DNA of 63,086 nucleotides, filler included, from an uncultured Candidatus Sumerlaeota bacterium (GTDB lineage Bacteria; CAYMEV01), in the NCBI GenBank assembly GCA_964389675.1. It is 4 parts of 4 records of this genome, joined end to end, with 100 filler letters (N's around TTAATTAATTAA, not from the genome) between each part and the next. Parts side by side here need not be neighbours in the genome. Positions count along the whole stretch, not along the records: positions 34,962 to 59,618 come from CAYMEV010000034.1; 3 more parts are not named here. The stretch is one strand, 5' to 3'. The notes under the pieces were generated by a model. It saw only the letters and a program-made list of their open reading frames with translations, had not been told where the DNA came from and did not search any database. The position numbers and the translations under genes were made by a program. Numbering within the stretch: the first letter of the stretch is position 1; every line of letters begins with the position of its first letter. Shown in pieces: positions 40,640-50,380 of the stretch.

Positions 40640-41389
40640 TCAAAGCGTGTAATATGTCCATCCATTGTTGCTACTTATATTGTTTTTATTATAACTGAAT
40701 TTAAAAAATGTATCAATTATAGGATAGGATTGCCATGTATTGTTTACATTCATTATTTTATATAAATAAAACGAAGGCTTTAACGATACTATAAAAAAGA
40801 GCATGTGCTTTTCTAACTGTGTATTAAAGTTGTTTATTCTAGATATTTTTAACAGAGAATCTCTGTATTTTGTCAGGATACCTTTCTCATTTGGATTATT
40901 AACTAGATTTCTAGAATACCCAGCAGCCAGTGTATTATTATCAACAGACTGAATAAGATGAAAAAACAGGCCGTTACCATCATCTGCAATCAGCTTTAGT
41001 AGATCTTTCTCTATAGAGTGCTGTGGTTTGTTGTGAGCTTTGAATTCGATGTTTATCTCATTCATAATGCTTTTGCAGTCTGATGGCCTGTCTTTAAAAA
41101 TTGCCAAGTCAAATATTGCCGATCGATATCCTTTTGTGGATTCGCAGCATAGAGACGGGTTTCCGGTGCTGAACCCTTTGTAATAATTTTTTGTAGGTAC
41201 CTCAACACCATAGATTTTGCGCTCTTTTTCAAGCTGCTGTGTAAAGACCAGACGAGCCTCCTGCTCGCTTATTCTCCTCTTTCCTGATTTATAGCAGGGA
41301 AAGATAAGGTTCTTTAGATTATTATTTACCTTTTTAATTTCTTCAGCTGTCCTGATGCATAGACCAAGCAGGTTTTTCATATCCGTCAT
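40640..41389 (-). CDS. Putative PD-(D/E)XK nuclease-like protein
   Basis: SEQE...VEVPT...FDLAIF...IEFK...KDLLKL pattern. Confidence 0.5.
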   Translation of the reverse strand: MTDMKNLLGLCIRTAEEIKKVNNNLKNLIFPCYKSGKRRISEQEARLVFTQQLEKERKIYGVEVPTKNYYKGFSTGNPSLCCESTKGYRSAIFDLAIFKDRPSDCKSIMNEINIEFKAHNKPQHSIEKDLLKLIADDGNGLFFHLIQSVDNNTLAAGYSRNLVNNPNEKGILTKYRDSLLKISRINNFNTQLEKHMLFFIVSLKPSFYLYKIMNVNNTWQSYPIIDTFFKFSYNKNNISSNNGWTYYTL

Positions 41390-41522
41390 ATATTGTCCTT
41401 TTTCTCTTTAAAATATGATTTTTTTGCAGATTGTCCACACTATTTTATGATAGTGAAGATTATATGTTTATTTTAAGAATGTACCGGCCCCAATTAATTG
41501 GACACTAATTAAGCATATAAAC

Positions 41523-42140
41523 CTAAGCAGCTTTTTTGTCAATAAAACCATTAAATTCATTCCTTTTCTCAATAGGAGATAGATATCCATTTTTCTCCAG
41601 CATCCAATGATTATTATAACTATCAATAAATATTCTTATAGCATTCGATAAATCCTCCACATTGCGATAGGCCCTTACATATATTACCTGTTCTTTCAAT
41701 GTTCTGTTGAAGCATTCCACAACTCCATTAATTTCTGGTTCTCTCGGGTACCCAAAGCCGGGAGTAATTCCCCAGTATCTATTCTGATTTATAAAGTGAT
41801 CTGATGTATACTGGCATCCATTATCCATTCTTAACTGAATGCATCTGGTGCAATTAGCTCGTGACCCATGTAAATATTTCTCTAATGCATGAATTATGGG
41901 CTCTAAGGAAGCATACCTGGTACATCTCTTAGCCACATGCCAGCCAACAATTTCCCCATGACAATGATCTATTGCTGTAAATAACCAGACGCAGACCTGA
42001 TCCCAGGTCCATATTTTTGACGCATCTGTTCTATACATTATATCAGGACTATCTGTCGTAATAGTCCCATCATGAAGCTTCTTATCCCCTCTTAATGACC
42101 TGCGGGGGGATAACAGATTATTAAGCCTCATAATATTCAA
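41523..42140 (-). CDS. IS3 transposase OrfB (rve DDE core; N-terminal part appears missing)
   Basis: TD...IDH..GEIVGW...DNG.QYTS...NG.VE.FNRTLKE. Confidence 0.8.
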   Translation of the reverse strand: MNIMRLNNLLSPRRSLRGDKKLHDGTITTDSPDIMYRTDASKIWTWDQVCVWLFTAIDHCHGEIVGWHVAKRCTRYASLEPIIHALEKYLHGSRANCTRCIQLRMDNGCQYTSDHFINQNRYWGITPGFGYPREPEINGVVECFNRTLKEQVIYVRAYRNVEDLSNAIRIFIDSYNNHWMLEKNGYLSPIEKRNEFNGFIDKKAA

Positions 42141-42498
42141 TACTCTTCTTCTGCTTCCTTAATTGGAAAAGCGCTTCCTTTTTTTGAGCCCTTTCTCTTA
42201 AGAGTTCATTGTCCATTGTTAGTTCACCGATATGTTTCTTTGCTTTATCAAGCTGCAATTTTAATGGATCTGTATTTCTTTGCTTAAGAGAAGCCTCTAT
42301 TCCAATCAGGGCCTTTTCTTTCCACTCTGAGATAATATATGACTCTATACCCAATTCTCTTGATAGTGATTCAATAGATTCTCCTCTCAATGCCCTAAGA
42401 ACTACTTCTTTTTTCATTTTGGCACTATATCTCTTTGCCGCCTTACATTTATTTGCTTGATTATCAGCCTTATTAGGGTTTTTGTTCTGATCAGACAT
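42121..42498 (-). CDS. IS3 transposase OrfA (HTH + coiled coil)
   Basis: KKEVVLR.LRGESIESLSRELG, KHIGELTMDNELL; A7G slippery run near the 3' end. Confidence 0.8.
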   Translation of the reverse strand: MSDQNKNPNKADNQANKCKAAKRYSAKMKKEVVLRALRGESIESLSRELGIESYIISEWKEKALIGIEASLKQRNTDPLKLQLDKAKKHIGELTMDNELLRERAQKKEALFQLRKQKKSIEYYEA

Positions 42499-42969
42499 AC
42501 AGCACTCCTATTTTGATATTTTGCTTGATAATACAGAAATTTAATTTTCCTGAAAGCATAAAATACATTAGGTTTTTTAAGTGATTCACACTAGGGACGA
42601 CAACAACAGGTGACACAGCTGATTCGCCTCCGTGGATCCACCCCCATGGGGGTGGAGTGTTACTTTTTCTTTCTCTTCTGAACATAAAATATAGCCTCCT
42701 TCTTTTCAAATTTAAGCTAATTTTGTGTCCAAGATAATTGGTGGCAGTATAATAGCATGTAATTATATAGCTAGAGCTGTTAATTACAATTACCGCGGAC
42801 AAATATCTTGACGATAAGTCTGAATTGTATAATAATATTCTGAGATGATAATTGCTCTAAACCATATTTATATTAGAATTGGTAAAAATAATTTATTTTT
42901 TAATCTATTGACTTTAAGAATAAAATTTGCATTACCAAAAAATGATAATAATGCAAAAAACCACAAATT

Positions 42970-44403
42970 ATGAAAAACAAGTTTAACAATCTTACTTCAA
43001 AAGAATGGCTACCCTTCCAGAAATCATGGTTTAGACATATTTCAGATAGATTCCTATATCGCGATAATATAAGGTTCTTCACTAAGATCGAGAATACTGA
43101 TGAACATGTATTGTACTTTGGTGATAAAATGGAGATTTTCAATAATATTGCTCATGAATATCAACTCAAAGTTAGTCCATTAGTAGAGTTCAAGGGTAAA
43201 ACACAATATATATTTATTGATATGCGTACTGAATTAGATAGGTGCAAGAATATTGATGAGTACTATCGATTTAAGCATCTAATAATTTCCGAAGTACAGA
43301 AACAGCTAACAAACCTAACCGAAAGGCGTTTTGTTTCTATTATTGCAAAAAATTTCCAATATTATGGGACCTATTACCCTTATGCATGGGACATCGCAAA
43401 AAGTATTAGTTGTATATTAAGTCTCAAAGATGAGAAAATTGGCTGTTTAGACTCAGATCAATCAGAAGAAAAAACTAATAAATTTTTTGCACCAAAGCAA
43501 AATATATATTACTGTCTTTACTTTCGAAAAGATGAGTACTCAAGCATAAATAATAAATATTCAGATTTCGATTTTTTTCAAAACAATACACAAGATATTA
43601 GTAGAAGAAAATTTGATAAGTCTATACCCTTTTGGTTTATACTTAAACCTCAGCCACGAAAAAAGGATGAGATTCTACACCCAGCAAAATTCCCAGAGGA
43701 CCTAGCTGAAATATTCATAAATACATTCTCTAATGAGAACGAAAACATAATTGATCCGATGGCAGGTACAGGAAGTTCCCAATTGGCAGCTTTAAAACTG
43801 AAAAGGAATGGCTACGGTACTGAGCTAAGTGAATTCTTTGCAGGAATTACAGACAGAAGATGCAGGGAATATATTGAACCAAAACAAAGGACATTAATAT
43901 TTGAAGAAAAAAAACAAAAATTCAAAATATTAAACAAGGATGCGCGTCTAATTCAAAAAGATGATTTTCCGATAATACACTATATGATTACATCACCGCC
44001 CTATTGGGACATGCTAAATGTAAAAGGAGCAGAAAACCAGGCAAAGCGTATCGAAAAAGGACTGCAAACAAACTATTCCGACTCGCCTAATGATCTAGGA
44101 AATATTGAAAACTACACTGAATTTATACATACATTAAAAGATATATACTTAAATATAGCATTAATAATGGAGACAGGAAGCTATATGACTATTGTAGTTA
44201 AAAACATAAAGAAAAAGGGAAGAAACTATCCACTTGCATGGGATCTTAGCCTAGTACTCCAGGAAAAGCTCATATTCTTACCAGAAGTTATGTGGTGTCA
44301 AGATGATATTAGAATAGCTCCATATGGATATGGCAATACTTTTGTTAGCAATACTTTCCACCAGTACTGCCTGAATTTTCAAATACCAGAAAACTTTATC
44401 TAA
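42970..44403 (+). CDS. Amino-DNA methyltransferase (SPPY, probably m4C) with a degenerate duplicated N-terminal MTase half
   Basis: C half: HPAKFP, DPMAGTGS, TSPPYW. The N half repeats flanking segments but lacks both motifs. Confidence 0.8.
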   Translation: MKNKFNNLTSKEWLPFQKSWFRHISDRFLYRDNIRFFTKIENTDEHVLYFGDKMEIFNNIAHEYQLKVSPLVEFKGKTQYIFIDMRTELDRCKNIDEYYRFKHLIISEVQKQLTNLTERRFVSIIAKNFQYYGTYYPYAWDIAKSISCILSLKDEKIGCLDSDQSEEKTNKFFAPKQNIYYCLYFRKDEYSSINNKYSDFDFFQNNTQDISRRKFDKSIPFWFILKPQPRKKDEILHPAKFPEDLAEIFINTFSNENENIIDPMAGTGSSQLAALKLKRNGYGTELSEFFAGITDRRCREYIEPKQRTLIFEEKKQKFKILNKDARLIQKDDFPIIHYMITSPPYWDMLNVKGAENQAKRIEKGLQTNYSDSPNDLGNIENYTEFIHTLKDIYLNIALIMETGSYMTIVVKNIKKKGRNYPLAWDLSLVLQEKLIFLPEVMWCQDDIRIAPYGYGNTFVSNTFHQYCLNFQIPENFI

Positions 44404-44404
44404 T

Positions 44405-47005
44405 CTATTGTAATTTGATACAATACTTACATATATTTCTATACGCACAGCTGGCACAATGCGCACCGGGGGTAGGTTCAAATTTATTATCTCTAATTGC
44501 ATTAGCAACTGTTTCTATTTTTTTCATTACTTTATCTTTATTTTCAGGCTCAATATAATCGTATAATCCGTCATTGAGATAATAGTTAGCTAGTCTTACT
44601 TTTTTGCTAGGGCTATATTTCTGATTAAAACACAATGAATAAAAAGATAGCTGGGTATTGTCTCTTTTTATTTTCCCAGTTTTAAAATCAACTATTATAA
44701 ACTCATTATTTTCTTGAAATACGACATCAAACCTGCCAGTAATAAAGTTATTTTTAATACTTATATTAAATTGATCTTCCACTGCAAATATCTTCTCTTG
44801 TTTGAGTAGATGCCTGCTATTCTTTAATAAATTATTTATCTGTTCAAGTGCAGCTTTTTTAAATTTGTTGTTCTCACTATCGCTCCTAAAATTTGTGTTT
44901 TTCCAGTTTGATTCAACTAATTTGTTAATAAGTATTGATTCAAGCTTCTTTCCATTTATAATTTCTCTAATTATAATTTCGATGATTTTATGAGTATTCC
45001 TACCAAATTCTATACCTCCAATCCTAACAGTCTCTAGATTCCAGACTTTTGAATATTTATATGCGAGCGGACATAGATTATATAAATTAATTTTATTGTA
45101 GCTTAATATGATGTTTTGATTTTGTTCACCTTTTTTATTTCTGAAATTCTGTTGCTTTAAGATACTTAATGTTAACTCTTCGGATTGTTTAGATTGATGG
45201 GTAAGCTTTTTAATAAATTTGTTAATTTGGTATTTCTTCTTTGTTAATAATAATCTGTCTGATCCTGTTATAATAAGCAGATCCTCAGCTCTAGTACAGC
45301 CAACATATAGAACTCTAATTTCTTCATTATCATCATTTGCATTTTTTTTATATACGGAGTTTAGTCGGTCTATTATGGTCTTCTTCTTTGCTCGCTCTAT
45401 TTGTGAGGGTAGAAAGACAACTGGAAACTCTAGCCCCTTTGACTGATGTATTGTCATTAGATTGATACAATCATTATTGGTGATATCTTCATAGTCAACA
45501 TTCTGGCATTTCTGTAAATAAATAATATAACTAAATAATCCCCATGGATTATAGCTACTAGAGAAATCATCAAATGTTAACACAATATCTGTAAGTTTGC
45601 CTATGTTCTGCCCATCAGCATCATATCTTTCAAAGATATCAGTTGCAATAAAAATATCATATACCAAATCGATACATGAATAGTATTTCTTGCTACTAAA
45701 TAATTTTTCCAGTTTATTTAGGTACTGCTTTTTTTCATATTCTATTCTTAGCTTAACTTTGAATGTCTTATCAATATTCTTTAATCTTTCATAAAAGCAA
45801 TTTTCCTTATTAATCTCTTTGGCGAGGTAATAATCAAGTAAAGCAATGAATTCTAATCCTAGAACACTATCGAAGAAATTTCCAGCCCCAAATAGCCTAA
45901 AGGGAATCTCATTTGCTATCAGATTATTAACTAGATTTATTGAATGGTTCTTCAAACTTCTAAACAATATTGCTATCTGACTATATTTGGTTATTATTTT
46001 TTCAGTTTTCAGCTTGATTATAGTGTTTGTGATAAACTGTATTTCATCTTCTTCATATTCGAAGAGTTTTATTACAGGTTTGTGCGATATTCCTGTTCGA
46101 CTTGCCTCTATGTTTTTATCGGTGCATTTATTTTTTAATTTTAATAATGCGTTGGTATAATCTATTATTTTTGATGTGCTGCGATAGTTTATGTTCAGAA
46201 TATCCTGCTTGACATTTATTCCTTTTTGTTCCAATGTATCTTTAAAATTAATTATATGATCGACGCTAGAGCCCCTAAAACCATAGATACTCTGATCGTC
46301 ATCACCTACCACTGTTATCTTAAATTCTGGTTCAGCAAGCTTAATAAATATCTTATTTTGTATATTGTTAACATCTTGATACTCATCAATCAAAAAAAAT
46401 GCAAAGTCATGACGAATCTTACTATGGAAATCTGCATTAGTATTAAGCTCATTCAGTATTGTTGACTGGATAGTTGCAAAATCGAAGAGCTTGTTATGTT
46501 CTAATAATACACGATAGGTTCTATATACATTACAGGCTTCCTCAAGCTCAATATCATCTCTAAAGTTAATTGATTTTATATCAATTTCCTCATCATTAAT
46601 TTTATTAAAGATTGCTGCAAGATCTTCAGATAAAGCCCATCCATTTTTTCTTATCCTATCATTTGAATATCCTAAAGCTACAAGTTTTGAATGAATAAAA
46701 TGAATCTGACTCTCTTCAGGTAAGATATCATAATCACCATAGTCTTTATCTGAATACCTTGAAAGCAGAGCAAAGCATATTGAATGAATTGTACCTATTA
46801 TAGAATTTACACTGTTTAAATCTCTTATACCAAGCTCTGTATATAGTCTTGTTGTTAATTCTTCCGTTGCTTTTCTTGTAAAGGTACATACTATAATTCC
46901 ATGATTTTTATCTTTTGCATTTCGGAATAATTGTACAGCTTTAGATATAAGAAAAGTAGTCTTTCCTGTTCCTGGTCCTGCTAATATAAGATGAGGCTTA
47001 TTCAT
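44405..47005 (-). CDS. UvrD/PcrA SF1 helicase fused to a C-terminal Fe-S PD-(D/E)XK nuclease (AdnAB/AddB-like)
   Basis: AGPGTGKT, TFT, GTIHS, IDEYQD, GDDDQSIYGFRG, NYRS, TIHQSKGLEF, YVGCTRA; then CP..Y, GRFD, VDFKTG, CASC....C. Probable ATG at 47005. Confidence 0.9.
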   Translation of the reverse strand: MNKPHLILAGPGTGKTTFLISKAVQLFRNAKDKNHGIIVCTFTRKATEELTTRLYTELGIRDLNSVNSIIGTIHSICFALLSRYSDKDYGDYDILPEESQIHFIHSKLVALGYSNDRIRKNGWALSEDLAAIFNKINDEEIDIKSINFRDDIELEEACNVYRTYRVLLEHNKLFDFATIQSTILNELNTNADFHSKIRHDFAFFLIDEYQDVNNIQNKIFIKLAEPEFKITVVGDDDQSIYGFRGSSVDHIINFKDTLEQKGINVKQDILNINYRSTSKIIDYTNALLKLKNKCTDKNIEASRTGISHKPVIKLFEYEEDEIQFITNTIIKLKTEKIITKYSQIAILFRSLKNHSINLVNNLIANEIPFRLFGAGNFFDSVLGLEFIALLDYYLAKEINKENCFYERLKNIDKTFKVKLRIEYEKKQYLNKLEKLFSSKKYYSCIDLVYDIFIATDIFERYDADGQNIGKLTDIVLTFDDFSSSYNPWGLFSYIIYLQKCQNVDYEDITNNDCINLMTIHQSKGLEFPVVFLPSQIERAKKKTIIDRLNSVYKKNANDDNEEIRVLYVGCTRAEDLLIITGSDRLLLTKKKYQINKFIKKLTHQSKQSEELTLSILKQQNFRNKKGEQNQNIILSYNKINLYNLCPLAYKYSKVWNLETVRIGGIEFGRNTHKIIEIIIREIINGKKLESILINKLVESNWKNTNFRSDSENNKFKKAALEQINNLLKNSRHLLKQEKIFAVEDQFNISIKNNFITGRFDVVFQENNEFIIVDFKTGKIKRDNTQLSFYSLCFNQKYSPSKKVRLANYYLNDGLYDYIEPENKDKVMKKIETVANAIRDNKFEPTPGAHCASCAYRNICKYCIKLQ

Positions 47006-47009
47006 ATAT

Positions 47010-47957
47010 TTAATTGCGAAACCTTCCAAATTTAATTGTATTTCTCAGCTTAGGAAATATACTAGAGAATGATGGCAGATAACTTGCAGGTACTGTTGCA
47101 TTTGTAATTGTAGTCCAGAGTGTACCATTCATAAAATTACAAGAACCTGTATAAGTTTTATTATACCATGTTGGTCTAATATATGTACGCCAGTTATTAT
47201 CTCTGTCAAAAGGTCCAGTATCCTTGAAATAATGCCAGTGATTGCTGTTGGCATATCCAGTTATAATCAGATAAGGTCTAAAATTTAACTGAATATAGTT
47301 GCTACCCCCTTTGCTATCAATAATCTGCCAGAACCACTTTTCGGTAAAAGGCTCACTGTCAACAGGAATTCCTTTATAATATTTTTCTAATTGATCAATA
47401 AAATTCAGTTGTTTTTCTGTAATACAAGATCTGTAGAACTCAATCCCTCTCTTACCATACTGTAAATCAGCAGCCTTTAGAAATGAGAAAATATAAGATG
47501 CCCCTTGCAGATTTATACTCGGATTCATTATTTCATTTCTTGTATACCACTGATCTCCAGGTCTCTTGGGTCCTGGATTAAATCGATTGGGTATGAGGCA
47601 TGGCAGATCTATATATCTGTAGCTACCAAGCATATCCAATGAGTGGAAAAGATAATTATTTTTTATATCCCATTCATAGCCATTGAGAATAAAGTCTCTT
47701 TTATCTATCTGCCAAAATGGTGTAGCACAAGTATCCCAGTCTAAGATAATATTATTTGATCTACAAAAGAATTGGAAAATTGCCTCTGCAATCTTTCCTT
47801 TAAAAATATTTATTATAGCTTGTAGTATTGTCTGTTTGTCGATACGTCTGATTGTAAATGGCTTGGATATAATTGCATATCTAATGCATTCATTTACTAT
47901 AGCATCATATTCTTTATCTGGTATGCCGTCGACAATGATAACTTCGTCTTCTGTCAT
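47010..47957 (-). CDS. Putative restriction-endonuclease-like PD-(D/E)XK protein (R2)
   Basis: GKIAE...IDKRD..GYEWDIKNN; paralogous to 47961-49010. Confidence 0.55.
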   Translation of the reverse strand: MTEDEVIIVDGIPDKEYDAIVNECIRYAIISKPFTIRRIDKQTILQAIINIFKGKIAEAIFQFFCRSNNIILDWDTCATPFWQIDKRDFILNGYEWDIKNNYLFHSLDMLGSYRYIDLPCLIPNRFNPGPKRPGDQWYTRNEIMNPSINLQGASYIFSFLKAADLQYGKRGIEFYRSCITEKQLNFIDQLEKYYKGIPVDSEPFTEKWFWQIIDSKGGSNYIQLNFRPYLIITGYANSNHWHYFKDTGPFDRDNNWRTYIRPTWYNKTYTGSCNFMNGTLWTTITNATVPASYLPSFSSIFPKLRNTIKFGRFRN

Positions 47958-47960
47958 AGC

Positions 47961-49010
47961 TTATATTCTGTTCATTGGCTCAAGTAGATTAACTGGACAT
48001 CCCCAATTATCCACTTTTATTTCGGCATATTGTTCAATATTTTTTGTGAATCGTTTATATTCACATCCATTAATTCTAAATTCCTCTTCTTTTATCCATC
48101 CTAGAAGGTAGATATATGCGTCACTGATGGTTAGATTCTGCCAGTTATTGTTGCTAGGCCAGTATCCCTGAGATTTTCTAGTTAGAGTAAATGAACATTG
48201 TGGAGAGATTATTTCTCTTAAATTTAAAGAAGTGGATAGAATTGTCAGATTACCATTAGGCATATTATCTCCAGTCCACTCAAGAGAAAAAACTTGGAAA
48301 AAGTTATTTATTGTTTTTATTTTTGATGAATTTAAATTGACTTCCTCGATACATGCCACATTTGCTTCTGTTGTTCCATAAATTTTAATAGATGAGAATT
48401 TTTTGCTGCCAGTATATTCTATTTCTAATCTACCCAAGTTTGGTAGATTTTTTGATTCAGCTCTCTTAAGCCACTTGTAGTCCCAAAAGGCATGTATTAG
48501 CGGCCTTAGACATCTCTGTTCTTTGAAATATCCTTCAATAAAAGGAAAGACATAGATTCTATCTCTGTTATGAGCTCTTCTCTTTTTATTTCCTGGATTA
48601 AGTTGATCCACTGGAACTAGTGCATGACATTTTAGAAACCACGCAAGTTTGTCATTTCTATTCGATATTTTTTTATATTTGTTATTTATATGAGTAGACG
48701 ATGTATCGAGAAAATTAGATTTAATGTCAACACTATATCCCCTTATCCCTAGATCATATCTATCAATTTCATACCATTTTGTTTTACCAGCTGTTTCGAA
48801 ATTCTTTGCATTATGGGTCAGATAAGACTCTACTGCCTTTTCAGCGATTATTCCGATTAATATTTTTTCAATCCGATTATATGGGTTGGGTTTCCCCATT
48901 CTATTAAAGGTTGAAGTCCATGATATTAGGGAATAGTCCAGCCCAGATCTGAACCAAGAATTATCTATATCCAGTCCAACAATATCTTGTGCTCTAATCA
49001 TTTTCTTCAA
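47961..49010 (-). CDS. Putative restriction-endonuclease-like PD-(D/E)XK protein (R1)
   Basis: GIIAE...IDRYD..GYSVDIKSN; overlaps the C gene. Confidence 0.55.
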   Translation of the reverse strand: MKKMIRAQDIVGLDIDNSWFRSGLDYSLISWTSTFNRMGKPNPYNRIEKILIGIIAEKAVESYLTHNAKNFETAGKTKWYEIDRYDLGIRGYSVDIKSNFLDTSSTHINNKYKKISNRNDKLAWFLKCHALVPVDQLNPGNKKRRAHNRDRIYVFPFIEGYFKEQRCLRPLIHAFWDYKWLKRAESKNLPNLGRLEIEYTGSKKFSSIKIYGTTEANVACIEEVNLNSSKIKTINNFFQVFSLEWTGDNMPNGNLTILSTSLNLREIISPQCSFTLTRKSQGYWPSNNNWQNLTISDAYIYLLGWIKEEEFRINGCEYKRFTKNIEQYAEIKVDNWGCPVNLLEPMNRI

Positions 49011-49218
49011 AGTTTAAGAGGTCAGGTAATGTTACTTTTAGAGCATTGGCAAGTCTTATTAGAGTCTTCAGAGATGGATTTCTCTCACCACGCTCTATCA
49101 TTCCAATGTAGTTCCGATCAAAGAGCCCTCTGTCCGCAAGTGCAGACTGAGTCAACCCATTTTCTAACCTAAGTTTTCTCACATGATTTCCAAAGTCTGA
49201 TAATACCTTATTACCCAT
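48994..49218 (-). CDS. XRE HTH controller (C) protein
   Basis: FG..VRKLR...GLTQ..LA....DRNYIG.IERGERNPSL..L..LA.AL, typical of R-M C proteins. Confidence 0.85.
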   Translation of the reverse strand: MGNKVLSDFGNHVRKLRLENGLTQSALADRGLFDRNYIGMIERGERNPSLKTLIRLANALKVTLPDLLNFEEND

Positions 49219-49266
49219 AAATTCAATTATATATTAATATATTTTACAATCAACCTACAATAAGTA
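49219..49266 (-). promoter_or_regulatory. Leaderless sigma-70 promoter with upstream C-box-like palindrome
   Basis: Minus strand: TACT-TAT-TGTA (49266-49256), TTGATT (49253-49248), 16 nt, TATAAT (49231-49226), 7 nt, ATG; no RBS. Confidence 0.6.
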
Positions 49267-49303
49267 TCTATTTGGCGGAATTTTATATTATTTGAAAAAG
49301 ATC

Positions 49304-50380
49304 TATACTGCAGCTAATTATCCTTTTACACAAAATTAATTTAAGCGTAAATTCTAAAGAGAATTTATTTTAATTTAGGAATAGTAACATTCAGCCCCTT
49401 GGAATAGGTCCGAAGATGCAGATAGGCTGTATATTATGTCTTTATCACCTCTAGTTATAATAGTTTCAAAAGAACACTGTAATTAAAACTTTCATAAAAA
49501 TTTAATTTCTGTAATATTGGGTAGAATATCGAAATAAGCAGACTATATCTCCTATCAAGAAGAATACCTGATAAGGTGCTTAATCGAGCATCTAAATGCA
49601 TGATGGCTAATATATCTAGTACCCAAATTGAAAAAGAAGCAGTTCTTGGGCGATTGTGTTATGAATCAATTTTATCGATATCAATAAAATTAGGTTTCAA
49701 GTCATATATTATATCAGAATAGAAAGAATAGATTATTATATATATAACTATTTCTCTAAATCTTAAAAAAACACAAATCAATTTGAAGTGAAGTTTGACA
49801 AAGCAGAGAAACATATCAGATGTCTGACAATTGAAATTGAACCCCAAAGAGAAATGGCCTAAAATAAAAACCCTTATCAAATTAAAAAAGAAAAGTTGAA
49901 AAATCTTCTATATTACTTGCAGCTAAAAAGCCACATTTCAGAAGAATAGCCTGCAGGTAGCAAGGCAACTGAGAAGATCCCAACTCTGCAGCACTGGAAT
50001 ACATTATGCAGCCATTAGTCATAATATAGTAGAAATCCCTGCGGGCTAATTGCGCTGTTAGTTGTATCCAATTAAAAAATGATAATGGATGCACGTATAC
50101 AGCAGATACTTATCAGTTCCTCCCGACCTTGGGTACATGAGATGACCAGAGACCATTGAAGCTGTAGAACAATACAACAGAACATTATACACACAGATAA
50201 GATATGGGAAGCCCTATCTATATATAGCGCATGTATCAATAGATATAATAGTCATTGGATGTTAGAAAGAAATTGATATCTATTTACCATTGATAGATGG
50301 ATTTAATTTAGTGGCTTTATTGACAGAATACCTGCTTAGGTGTATATACCTAATTAGTTTCCAATTGACTAGCTCTTGCA
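49304..50380 (+). mobile_element. Eroded second copy of the IS3 element at 41480-42751, in opposite orientation
   Basis: Starts TATACTGCAGCTAATTATCCTTTTACACAAAATTA, like the IRL. Translates to EKEAVL..ESILSISIKLG.KSYIISE* and FDKAEKHI..LT, like OrfA. Ends TCATTGGATG...TTTTATTGACA...CTGCTTAGG...TAATTAGTTTCCAATT...CA, like the OrfB end and IRR. Confidence 0.75.

Larger units (their letters stand above)
41480..42751 (-). mobile_element. IS3-family element, probably internally deleted
   Basis: Imperfect IRs TGTACCGGCCCCAATTAATTGGACAC and TATACTGCCACCAATTATCTTGGACAC; orfA+orfB; its left end recurs at 63033-63086. Confidence 0.85.

Noticed and set aside
36946-41389. Run of unrelated genes as integron cassettes
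   Set aside because: Mixed orientations, no recurring attC-like repeats and no integrase seen.
42637-42656. Perfect 20-bp palindrome TCCACCCCCATGGGGGTGGA
   Set aside because: Lies inside the IS3 left non-coding end, so it is part of the element rather than an independent ncRNA or CRISPR repeat.
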